Source: Candidatus Woesearchaeota archaeon
GTDB taxonomy: Archaea; Nanobdellota; Nanobdellia; Woesearchaeales; GW2011-AR15
NCBI GenBank assembly: GCA_016935095.1
Contig: JAFGRO010000029.1
Span: forward strand, 7,313-71,312
Direction: 5' to 3'
Length of the DNA stretch: 64,000 bases
Shown: positions 38,410 through 46,291 of the stretch, one piece after another
Layout: each line of letters opens with the position of its first letter
Position numbering within the stretch: position 1 is the first letter of the stretch
Made by a program: the position numbers and the translations under genes
The notes under the pieces: model-generated
Databases searched by the model: none
Seen by the model: only the letters and a program-made list of their open reading frames with translations
What the model was told of the DNA's origin: nothing

Positions 38410-39594
38410 TTATTCAGAATATCTCTCTTTTCTGTACTCCTCGACAATATTCTTTAATAAATCTTCATCATATCTCTTCTTATTTGATTCTTTTTTAAGA
38501 ATTGAGTCAAATTCATTCTTATTTACAAAAGCGAAATCCCCTATCTCGTTTAATTTAAAATTATTTTTGTTAATTAAAATAAAATTATTATTTAGAAGCC
38601 TGCCGGGGTTTTTATTATACATAAGGATATTAATTTTTCTATTAATTAGCTCAGCAATTATTTTAGAAGAGACAATGCTTATATCCTCTACCAATAATAT
38701 ATCCTTTTCTTTGATTTTCAATAATTTACTTTTCTTATTGAATTCTTCCCTGCTCAGGTCATCCAGTTTTTTAATCAAAACATAATCATTTGCAGAAGTA
38801 ATCAGATTATTCAGGTTCTGGATTTTATCTTCAAATTCTTTAATTTTCCTGTTCTGGTTTTCAATTAATTTTTCAAAAAACAGTATCTTCTGCTCCTTAA
38901 ATGAAAGAAGCTTCCTGGTTTCTTTGTCCAAATCAATTTTTTTGTTTTCCTGTTTTCTCAGCTCATTATTCTGTTTATTCAGCTCCTGCGAAAGCTTCAG
39001 ATTCTGTGATTTCAGTAATAGAATCTGTTTTTGTTCTTTTGAAAGTTTTTTTTGGGGTGTAGATTGTCTCATTCTTTTTTTCTTGATTTTTTTAATTATC
39101 TCATCGCCCTGCTTTTCAATTAAATTAAGGGCTTTGCTTATGCTTATTTCCTCAAGAATTACAATCTGTATGATTTTTTCTTTTAGATTTAGTTTGTTCT
39201 GTTTTTTCAGGCTGTTGTTAATCTTTTTTATCAGCTGCCTGTATTCATTATATGCAAAGATTGCGCTTGCCAATGCGTCTGTCTCGTGCGCATTCCTTGT
39301 GAATTTGTACAGCTTATTATCCTGGACAATCCTCTTCTTCTCGCCTTTTTTCATGTCATATCTAGGAGCAAGTATCTTTGCGCCTATTTTATTTGAGACT
39401 GATTTTATAAATGAGGGAATCTCTTTTTTATCTGTCCCGATAATAACCGGATCCCCTAGATATATGATTGAAGAAATCATCTCTGATAATGAGAATTCTT
39501 TTTTTGAGCTTATTGCAATAAGATTAAAATCAAAATCAAGGACAGCATATGCTGATGTTGTTCCGGGGTCAATGCCGATTATCAAAGGTCTCAT
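38410..39594 (-). CDS. RNase H-fold (RuvC/YqgF-like) N-terminal domain protein with long coiled-coil C-terminus
   Basis: MRPLIIGIDPGTTSAYAVLDFD at N-terminus; K/E/Q-rich coiled coil afterwards. Confidence 0.3.
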   Translation of the reverse strand: MRPLIIGIDPGTTSAYAVLDFDFNLIAISSKKEFSLSEMISSIIYLGDPVIIGTDKKEIPSFIKSVSNKIGAKILAPRYDMKKGEKKRIVQDNKLYKFTRNAHETDALASAIFAYNEYRQLIKKINNSLKKQNKLNLKEKIIQIVILEEISISKALNLIEKQGDEIIKKIKKKRMRQSTPQKKLSKEQKQILLLKSQNLKLSQELNKQNNELRKQENKKIDLDKETRKLLSFKEQKILFFEKLIENQNRKIKEFEDKIQNLNNLITSANDYVLIKKLDDLSREEFNKKSKLLKIKEKDILLVEDISIVSSKIIAELINRKINILMYNKNPGRLLNNNFILINKNNFKLNEIGDFAFVNKNEFDSILKKESNKKRYDEDLLKNIVEEYRKERYSE

Positions 39595-39715
39595 TGAATA
39601 AAAGGGAATTGAAATTTATATTAAAATATTGGGGAGAAAGAACATGTATTTATTTGAGAATAGTAATGTTTTTATATAAACTAATTTAACTAAAATTTAT
39701 TAGAAGGGGTTTAAT

Positions 39716-40867
39716 TTGAACAGGATTCTTTTTCCAGTGGTTATTGACGACACTGTTAATAGATTAACTGAACTGGACCCAGGTTTAACATTATGTCATA
39801 ATGGCGGTTCAGTATTTACAAGCGGTGAATTTTGCCCGGAATTTCCTGATAATATTGAAGGCAGTATTGCCTATATTCTCGCATCAGGTATAGGTAATTT
39901 AACCCCGCAGGACCTTTATATGAAAGCAGCTATTCTTGCAGATGGTGCAAAAACATATGGTGCAGAAAAAGTTGTTTTTATAGCTCCTGACCTTTATTTT
40001 TCAAGGGCAGATCAAAAAAAGAAAAGAAGATCTATAACAGCAAGGTTAGTAGCTGATTTTTTAAAAACTGCTGGTGTTGACCAGATAATCACAACCCATC
40101 TTCATTCTGATGAAGTTGCTGGCTTCTATAGAGACACATTTGAAAATAATTTAGAACATATAATGATTAACTTAGATTCAAAAAGAATATTTGCGCATCA
40201 TTTTTATAAGAGTCTTCAGCAAAGGGACTATAAGGGAACCGGAAAAGATATTACTCTTGTCATACCTGATTTAGGTGCAGAAGAAGAAGGGCTTGAGTTT
40301 GTTGAACTACTAAGGTCATATGGGTTAACGGATATAAGTTATATTATATGTCAAAAAGAAAGAGCTAAGCCAAATGACCCTGATTGTATTTCTTCCCGTG
40401 TTTACAAAATATCTGATAATTTTGACGGAACTATAGATGATAAATTATTGCTTGGATTTGATGATATTGGAGATACCCTTGGCACGATAATTAATGCAAT
40501 AAAAGCTGTCTGTAAGAAATATAATTCCTGTCCTGAAACTGTACTGTTCTATTTAACTCATTTAGTCCTGGCTGGTGAATCAACAGAATATATTTCAAGA
40601 TATGGCATTAATATCATTGGCTCTAATTCACGCTCAGATATTATTACAAGAGAAGGTGAATGGACAAATAATGTTGGATTAATAGATTTCACGCAATATT
40701 GGTATATGGCTATGATACAATTTGGAGAGAAGTATATCCCTGCTTCCCAAGTCCTTGAAGAATATAAGGGTGATAAGATAGGTGGATTATATAAAGTCAT
40801 AAGAGAACCTGCAATGGTAAAATTTAATGCAAAAAAATTTACAGAAGACCTAGATTTAAAAATCTAG
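39716..40867 (+). CDS. Ribose-phosphate pyrophosphokinase-like protein (atypically long)
   Basis: ITTHLHSDEVAGFY (cf. Prs DLHA.QIQGFF) and LGFDDIGDTLGT (PRPP-binding loop-like). Confidence 0.45.
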   Translation: MNRILFPVVIDDTVNRLTELDPGLTLCHNGGSVFTSGEFCPEFPDNIEGSIAYILASGIGNLTPQDLYMKAAILADGAKTYGAEKVVFIAPDLYFSRADQKKKRRSITARLVADFLKTAGVDQIITTHLHSDEVAGFYRDTFENNLEHIMINLDSKRIFAHHFYKSLQQRDYKGTGKDITLVIPDLGAEEEGLEFVELLRSYGLTDISYIICQKERAKPNDPDCISSRVYKISDNFDGTIDDKLLLGFDDIGDTLGTIINAIKAVCKKYNSCPETVLFYLTHLVLAGESTEYISRYGINIIGSNSRSDIITREGEWTNNVGLIDFTQYWYMAMIQFGEKYIPASQVLEEYKGDKIGGLYKVIREPAMVKFNAKKFTEDLDLKI

Positions 40868-42441
40868 TACTTTCCCAACCCCAGCTGACCTTTTCTCTTT
40901 CCTTTTGGGATTTCTTCTTTTTCAATATCAATGCCGACTTCTTTTTTTATTTTAAGAGCAGTGCCTCTTCCAATCAGCTGTGATAATTTCATCAAGTCTG
41001 TGTTCTTAATATCGCCAATATCTTTTATTCCGTTTCTGAACAGTTTTCTTGCACGGACTCTGCCGATGCCTTTTATTCTCACTAATGGAATCAGTTCTTC
41101 TTTTATACCGTGCTTTAACCTGAACCTGGTTTTTTTGATTGTCCTGACAATATCCCTGAACTGCAGTAATTTAGCAAGCTCTTCTGATGCATAAAGTATC
41201 CAGTCTGCATTGCCTTTTTTATAATTGAATTCACCTGGCCTGACAGAATATCTCTCTAAAAGAAACTCTTCATCTTTTTCCTCAAGCCATTCATTAAGTA
41301 CAATGGCAGTTTTAGTTGCATTCAGGAATTCATCATATTCAGGCTCATAAACAGAGGGTTCAAGCACAATCAATTGAGATGAATGCTCAGAAAGCTCTTC
41401 TTCAATTTCATTTATCTCTTTTGTTCTCACGCGAAAGTAAGGCCTTAATTCAATTGTGTTTGCAATCATATGCAAAAATGAAAATTCATTCACCATTACC
41501 TGGGTTGCTCGCCTCATGCATGTAATTATGAAATTTGCTGTAAGAGGGTCAATATAAAGCTGTGAAACTCTCATGCCGAGTTTTGTTGCCTCAAGTTTTA
41601 TTTCAGAGAACTCATCTGCAGATATGAATTCCGAGCTGTTATTTATTGAACTTGTCTTAATAAATTCCCATTCATCTAACTTATCGATAATTTTTGAGAT
41701 TATCATGTCAATCTCATTAATGTCTTTGTAATGATGAGCATAAAATGTTCTTTCAAAAAACTCTAAAAGCTGTTGTTTTGTCCTTACAAAATTTGTTGCA
41801 ACAAGGCTTAAAACATATGTCCTTAAAACTGGCTCAACAGCCAGTTTTGAAAGGATAGGCTCCGGCTCTCCTAAAAGAAACCTCTGCAAAACAGTCTCTT
41901 TTTCAGCATCATCCGAGACAATGCAGATTGCCTCTCCGAATTTGTCATTGAAATCCGGGCGGCCTGCTCTCCCTATGCATTGATGGTATTCTAAAGTAGG
42001 AATCCATTCCATGCCCCACCTGCCGCCATACCTTTTCAGGTCTTTCATGATTGCACGGAACGCCGGAAGGTTGAGGCCGAAAGCCAAAGTAGGAGTGCAG
42101 CAGATTATCTTAACTAAGCCCGCCCTGAAATTATCTTCAATTAATTTTCTTTGCTGATGAGCCAATCCGGAATGATGAAACGCAATGCCTTTTTTTAAGC
42201 ATAAAGCAAGCCTCTTGCATTGTTTTGTCGGTGTTGTAAGAGCATGAAGCGCATGATTAGCCATTTCATTTAATTTTTCATTGTTTGTCTTTACCTTCAA
42301 AGAAATTTTTTCAGCAGTTGCCTCTGCAGTCCGTTTTGTATTGCAGAAAACCAATGCCTGTTTGCCGATATTGATTGTATCCAATGCAAGATTCAAAGCA
42401 GGCAGGTCTGTCAATTCATTAATTTTAATAGATGTTTTCAT
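40864..42441 (-). CDS. Hel308/Ski2-like helicase, C-terminal half only (RecA2 + WH/ratchet + HhH); no RecA1 ATPase domain
   Basis: Starts just before motif IV (LVFCNTKRTAE); has HHSGL, motif V TPTLAFGLNLPA and motif VI IGRAGRP; no Walker A/DExH; upstream neighbour is an unrelated zinc-ribbon protein. Confidence 0.55.
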   Translation of the reverse strand: MKTSIKINELTDLPALNLALDTINIGKQALVFCNTKRTAEATAEKISLKVKTNNEKLNEMANHALHALTTPTKQCKRLALCLKKGIAFHHSGLAHQQRKLIEDNFRAGLVKIICCTPTLAFGLNLPAFRAIMKDLKRYGGRWGMEWIPTLEYHQCIGRAGRPDFNDKFGEAICIVSDDAEKETVLQRFLLGEPEPILSKLAVEPVLRTYVLSLVATNFVRTKQQLLEFFERTFYAHHYKDINEIDMIISKIIDKLDEWEFIKTSSINNSSEFISADEFSEIKLEATKLGMRVSQLYIDPLTANFIITCMRRATQVMVNEFSFLHMIANTIELRPYFRVRTKEINEIEEELSEHSSQLIVLEPSVYEPEYDEFLNATKTAIVLNEWLEEKDEEFLLERYSVRPGEFNYKKGNADWILYASEELAKLLQFRDIVRTIKKTRFRLKHGIKEELIPLVRIKGIGRVRARKLFRNGIKDIGDIKNTDLMKLSQLIGRGTALKIKKEVGIDIEKEEIPKGKRKGQLGLGKY

Positions 42442-42479
42442 CAGGATATAAGAAAAATGAATTAATTTAAATTAATAAC

Positions 42480-43325
42480 CTAATTACTCAATGTCTTGTC
42501 TTTTCCCAATAACCTGCAAGAATCAATCATAAATTCCTTAAATGGCTTTTGCTGTTTCCACAAGGGCCATAATTTTACAGCTAGCTGCTTATGATTTTCT
42601 TTTTTATAATAATCCAGTGAAAATTTAATATCAGAGAACAGGGTTCTTATTCCCGGATAGGTCAATAAAACAAAGTTAACCAGGACTTCAGACAAATTGT
42701 TATCAAAATCATCATATCTCTCTTTAAAGAATCTGGTTGTATAATTCCTGAAGATTATATGAAAAAGCTCACGTGCAATCACATAATTGCTGATTTTGTC
42801 CAGCCTGGACTGGATTATGATAAAATTCTTTGATGAATTGTGAATCCCGCCATTGCAAACCAGGCTTAAATAACAAGTATATAAATGAGACTGCCATTTA
42901 AAATTCAATAGAGTTTCGATTCCTGCAAAGTACCTGGCATGTATTTTTGACCAGTTATTCTGCATCCTGATTTCTGAATTATCTAAAATAAGTTTATGTT
43001 TTTCATATGCTTTTTTAATTAATAAAAGAGCTTTTCCTTTTAATTCAGATTTTAAATAGCCATTATTTAGTTTAAACCCGAGCAATTGCGTCCAGTCTTT
43101 GGTAAGCTTATTGTTTTTTAACCCGAGCTTAAGAGCATAAAGCTCCTGCTTCGGCTCTTTCACAAATAATAATTCAGATGTGTGTCTTTTTAAATCAAGG
43201 TCCTTTCTTGATCCTCTTTTCCCTCTAAAAAAATCCAGTTCATCAATTTCAAGGCCGCATTTCTTGCAGAAGATTTCCCCAGAAGATCTAATTATTTCTT
43301 CAGAACCGCAGTCAGGGCATTTCAT
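42480..43325 (-). CDS. TFIIB-type N-terminal zinc-ribbon protein
   Basis: MKCPDCGSEEIIRSSGEIFCKKCGLEI; remainder not recognisably cyclin-like. Confidence 0.3.
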   Translation of the reverse strand: MKCPDCGSEEIIRSSGEIFCKKCGLEIDELDFFRGKRGSRKDLDLKRHTSELLFVKEPKQELYALKLGLKNNKLTKDWTQLLGFKLNNGYLKSELKGKALLLIKKAYEKHKLILDNSEIRMQNNWSKIHARYFAGIETLLNFKWQSHLYTCYLSLVCNGGIHNSSKNFIIIQSRLDKISNYVIARELFHIIFRNYTTRFFKERYDDFDNNLSEVLVNFVLLTYPGIRTLFSDIKFSLDYYKKENHKQLAVKLWPLWKQQKPFKEFMIDSCRLLGKDKTLSN

Positions 43326-43439
43326 AGAAGCAAAAGAAAATATAGGGTATTATTAAAGATGAGGGAAAAAATAATAAAATTATGATAAGATTTAATAATG
43401 AAATAAGGGGACGCCCTTTATACTCCCCTTCCGCCTTCA

Positions 43440-43979
43440 CTACTCTGCGACTTTTAAAAAGTACGTAGTATCTTGTTCGGCGGTAAAAGAAAAAATATTT
43501 TTCTGGACATCATTAATTACTTTCACTTCATGGTGCATCTCTTGGCTTAATATATAATCATCTGCTTCATTCATGTCTTTTTTTCCTGTAGACTCATGAT
43601 GTTCATATCCTGACCAAAAACTACCTCCAGAATATCGTTTTCGAAAATTTGGATGCTTTTCAAATATCCTTTTGGATGATCTTGATTTGAGCATTATCTC
43701 AGCATTCATTATTGAATATTTTTTTGGAATATTCACTCTGAAATGCGTGTGATTTCCTCCAAATCCTATAGGTCCAAATTCAAAACCATTTCTCTCAAAT
43801 TCTCGAAAAGCTGCTACACACGTGTTCATAACTGATTGCTTTCGCAAGCAGTTATAGCGGCACTTACAAACAAACATCATAGTAATCCAATTATTTCTAG
43901 TGTCTTTATTCATTAAACTCACCTCAGAAAGATTTTTATGGTTATATCTATTGATAAATATCTGCAATAAGCGAATCAT
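43440..43979 (-). CDS. tnpA: IS200/IS605-family transposase (TnpA, HUH Y1)
   Basis: GGNHTHFRVNIPKKYS (HuH) and KSRSSKRIFEKHPNFRKRYSGGSFWSGYEHHESTG resembling IS200 TnpA C-terminus. Confidence 0.6.
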   Translation of the reverse strand: MIRLLQIFINRYNHKNLSEVSLMNKDTRNNWITMMFVCKCRYNCLRKQSVMNTCVAAFREFERNGFEFGPIGFGGNHTHFRVNIPKKYSIMNAEIMLKSRSSKRIFEKHPNFRKRYSGGSFWSGYEHHESTGKKDMNEADDYILSQEMHHEVKVINDVQKNIFSFTAEQDTTYFLKVAE

Positions 43980-44050
43980 ATCTTGCTCGGCAGGTTACCT
44001 AATGACCATTAACGCTATACGAATAGTGTCCAAATGGTGGCTCGTCGATT

Positions 44051-44413
44051 TTGGTTCGCTTATTTGCTTTATCTAAGCATAACCCACATAGAATTCTGTT
44101 TTTGTCTGAGAAAAACCTTTCGGTTTTTCTGTACCATTTCATCTGCGGGTCTTTCAGACCTCGCAGTATTCATGACACGAAAATAAGATCTATTTCCAAG
44201 AAATTAAGTAAAGATGTTGTAAATGGATTAATTAAGAGCGGACTTAGAGCTACTTGTCTCATTTGTAGAAGAAAAGAAAAAAACTGGAATGATATTTATT
44301 GTATAAGTGTTCGTGGATTTAATATGTTAAGAAGGTGGATTAAGCATATTGGCTCGAATAATCCGAAAAATATTAGAAAATTTAAGCTGGTGGAATCGGG
44401 CGTTAATAAATAA
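44051..44413 (+). CDS. Hypothetical basic protein next to IS200 tnpA
   Basis: ORF only. Confidence 0.2.
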   Translation: MVRLFALSKHNPHRILFLSEKNLSVFLYHFICGSFRPRSIHDTKIRSISKKLSKDVVNGLIKSGLRATCLICRRKEKNWNDIYCISVRGFNMLRRWIKHIGSNNPKNIRKFKLVESGVNK

Positions 44414-44414
44414 C

Positions 44415-44534
44415 TGGGCCCGATGAGATTTGAATTCGTGAATCCAAAGGATTTCTCACGACCGCCCGATTATCAGTCTCGCCCTCAAAATTTAATTTTG
44501 AAACGGGCGCTCCACCAGACTAAGCTACGGGCCC
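44415..44534 (-). tRNA. tRNA-Ile(GAU) with two putative non-canonical introns (26 nt in the anticodon-stem 5' strand at ~30/31; 20 nt at T-stem/T-loop junction ~53/54)
   Basis: Minus strand GGGCCCG-TA-GCTT-AGTCTGGTG-GAGC-G-CCCG[TTTCAAAATTAAATTTTGAGGGCGAG]A-CTGATAA-TCGGG-CGGTC-GTGAG[AAATCCTTTGGATTCACGAA]TTCAAAT-CTCAT-CGGGCCC-A; spliced form gives a 74-nt cloverleaf. Confidence 0.55.
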
Positions 44535-44602
44535 ATCTTATTCTTGGAATTAGAATATTATTTAAAAAGTTAACGAAAAAACTATAAAAAATAAAAGAAA
44601 AG

Positions 44603-44735
44603 CGCCCCGGACCAGACTCGAACTGGTGACCTCATGATCTCCGCGTTACACTTGTGCGCATTTGCACTTCGTGAAATGTAACAGTCATGCGCTCTACCTG
44701 TTGCTCCGTGCTTTACACGTCTAAGCTACCGAGGC
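44603..44735 (-). tRNA. tRNA-Asn(GUU) with canonical 37/38 intron (40 nt) and a ~20-nt insertion in the D-loop
   Basis: Minus strand GCCTCGG-TA-GCTT-AGACG[TGTAAAGCACGGAGCAACAG]GTA-GAGC-G-CATGA-CTGTTA[CATTTCACGAAGTGCAAATGCGCACAAGTGTAACGCGGAG]A-TCATG-AGGTC-ACCAG-TTCGAGT-CTGGT-CCGGGGC-G. Confidence 0.55.
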
Positions 44736-44841
44736 ATCAATAAATTTTTTTAGCTGAAGTAGAGTTGTAATAATAGGACTTTCAAGAAATTTATAAAACT
44801 TTCTGTATAGTCGAGGAATATAAAAACAAATCAAATAATTT

Positions 44842-45285
44842 TCAGGAAAGTTTAAAATAAATCAAATCTCCTTTGTTAATATGATTTTTCTCAGTAAAAT
44901 TTGCAACTACTTCAATTACATATAGTGAATCATTATCAGGATAATACACTTCACATGATTCTGATTTACAGGGAGCAAGGTCTTTTTCAATATGAATTAT
45001 TCTTTTATCTTCATTTAACCAGATTATATCAATAGGGAAATTCATGTTCTTCATCCAGAACCCATATTCATCAGGCTCTTCAAAAACAAAGAGCATTCCC
45101 TTGTTTTCTTCTAAAGTTTTCCTGTACATCAAGCCCTGTTCCCTTTCTTCAGGGGAATCCTTTACCTCGGCATCAATGCAGATGTTATTTTTAAAACAGA
45201 TTTTTTTAATATTAGTGCATGATACTAAAATCAAAAGCATGAGAATTAATAATTGAAATTTCATACACAGATTTATGCTTCGCAA
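44842..45285 (-). CDS. DUF192 (COG1430) secreted protein
   Basis: GLMYRKTLEENKGMLFVF...FWMKNMNFPIDIIWL...IEVVANF resembles DUF192; N-terminal signal peptide. Confidence 0.55.
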   Translation of the reverse strand: MRSINLCMKFQLLILMLLILVSCTNIKKICFKNNICIDAEVKDSPEEREQGLMYRKTLEENKGMLFVFEEPDEYGFWMKNMNFPIDIIWLNEDKRIIHIEKDLAPCKSESCEVYYPDNDSLYVIEVVANFTEKNHINKGDLIYFKLS

Positions 45286-45359
45286 TTTTAAATAATTATT
45301 CTTTTTCGTAGCAGGCTATAATCGAAAGATTTATATTGTAAACAAGTATTAAAAGACCA

Positions 45360-45749
45360 ATGGAAAACAAAGACAAATTCTATGTGTTTATATTTATAGG
45401 GTTATTTTCGATTATATTAATTTACATGGGAAGCTCAATCACAGGCTGGCTTATACAGTCAATGTATTGCAATGATGAGGGATGCACTAACTTCTGCAGG
45501 ATTAACCAGGACTGCTCTATTGATGAAGTCTGCTGTCAGGCAGAAAACACAGGAATATGCAAGTTAAAAACAGAATGCACTCAATTGTATAAGCCGAGCT
45601 TTGAATCAGGGGTTGAGATTGATGTTGATATAAATGCCCCTGTTGTTGAGCAACCAGGCAAAATAACCGAGCCGTGGATTTATTTAGTCCTTATCATGCT
45701 TGTTCTGGCAATAGGCATTGTTTGTTTTCTTAGAAAAAAGAAAAAATAA
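45360..45749 (+). CDS. Small Cys-rich protein with N-terminal signal/TM and C-terminal TM anchor
   Basis: 12 Cys in the ~60-aa central region (CNDEGCTNFCRINQDCSIDEVCCQ...CKLKTEC), C-terminal hydrophobic segment then RKKKK. Confidence 0.35.
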   Translation: MENKDKFYVFIFIGLFSIILIYMGSSITGWLIQSMYCNDEGCTNFCRINQDCSIDEVCCQAENTGICKLKTECTQLYKPSFESGVEIDVDINAPVVEQPGKITEPWIYLVLIMLVLAIGIVCFLRKKKK

Positions 45750-45750
45750 A

Positions 45751-45847
45751 TACGGTAGCCGGGGCTCGAACCCGGGTCACGACCTTTCTTCAATAATATG
45801 GGAGGGTCGGGTCTTTTAGTGTCAAGATACCACTGGACCACTACCGT
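45751..45847 (-). tRNA. tRNA-Gly(CCC) with 13-nt canonical-position intron and probable ~13-nt D-loop insertion
   Basis: Minus strand ACGGTAG-TG-GTCC-AGTGGTA[TCTTGACACTAAA]AGAC-C-CGACC-CTCCCA[TATTATTGAAGAA]A-GGTCG-TGAC-CCGGG-TTCGAGC-CCCGG-CTACCGT-A; acceptor and T-arm unambiguous, D-arm model tentative. Confidence 0.45.
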
Positions 45848-45894
45848 GTAAAGCAAAGGAATAAAATCTGTTTTAAATAGTTTTAGAATTATTT

Positions 45895-45948
45895 AAGTAG
45901 TCCGAACAAAAAAGAATTAAACGCGCCTGAGAAGGTTTGAACTAAGCC
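45895..45948 (-). repeat. Degenerate duplicate of 3' end + 3' flank of the tRNA at 46025-46128
   Basis: aagtagtccgaacaaaaaagaattaaacgcgcctgagaaggtttgaactaagcc vs 46000-46053 aagtagtccgaataaaatgtaaaaacgcgcctgatgagattcgaactcacgacc. Confidence 0.5.
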
Positions 45949-46024
45949 TTTAAAAAAGCCTTAAGGGAAACACATTAAGGACTACGTTAACCTTCGGTTA
46001 AGTAGTCCGAATAAAATGTAAAAA

Positions 46025-46128
46025 CGCGCCTGATGAGATTCGAACTCACGACCTATTGCTCTCTTCTTTTGAATAGGAGGTTCGACAAGTTTGTTTCAAT
46101 CGCTCTATCCAAACTGAGCTACAGGCGC
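46025..46128 (-). tRNA. tRNA gene with ~29-36-nt insertion(s) in the anticodon region; identity unresolved
   Basis: Minus strand GCGCCTG-TA-GCTC-AGTTTGGATA-GAGC-G-ATTGA...(36 nt)...GCAAT-AGGTC-GTGAG-TTCGAAT-CTCAT-CAGGCGC-G; acceptor, D- and T-arms canonical, no 7-nt loop with U33 at standard position. Confidence 0.45.
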
Positions 46129-46291
46129 ACGTCAAAGCTTTCTAAGCCTCAGCTAACTCTCTTCATCCCATTAAGGGACTACTCCAAGGGCTCTTCATCG
46201 GCTGGTTAGGCTTAATTTAAGGTTGAAACTTAATTCATTTAATAAGTTTTCTAGTAAAATATAAATAATAGTGAATTTATAAAATGTACAG

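Noticed and set aside
45360-45749. Considered PGF-CTERM/archaeosortase sorting signal
   Set aside because: C-terminus is PGKITEPW...RKKKK, not PGF; simple TM anchor is a safer reading
45925-45960. Considered an additional tRNA gene at the first repeat copy
   Set aside because: Has an acceptor-like CAGGCGCG end but no valid T-arm or 5' half; it is a degenerate duplicate of the neighbouring tRNA 3' end
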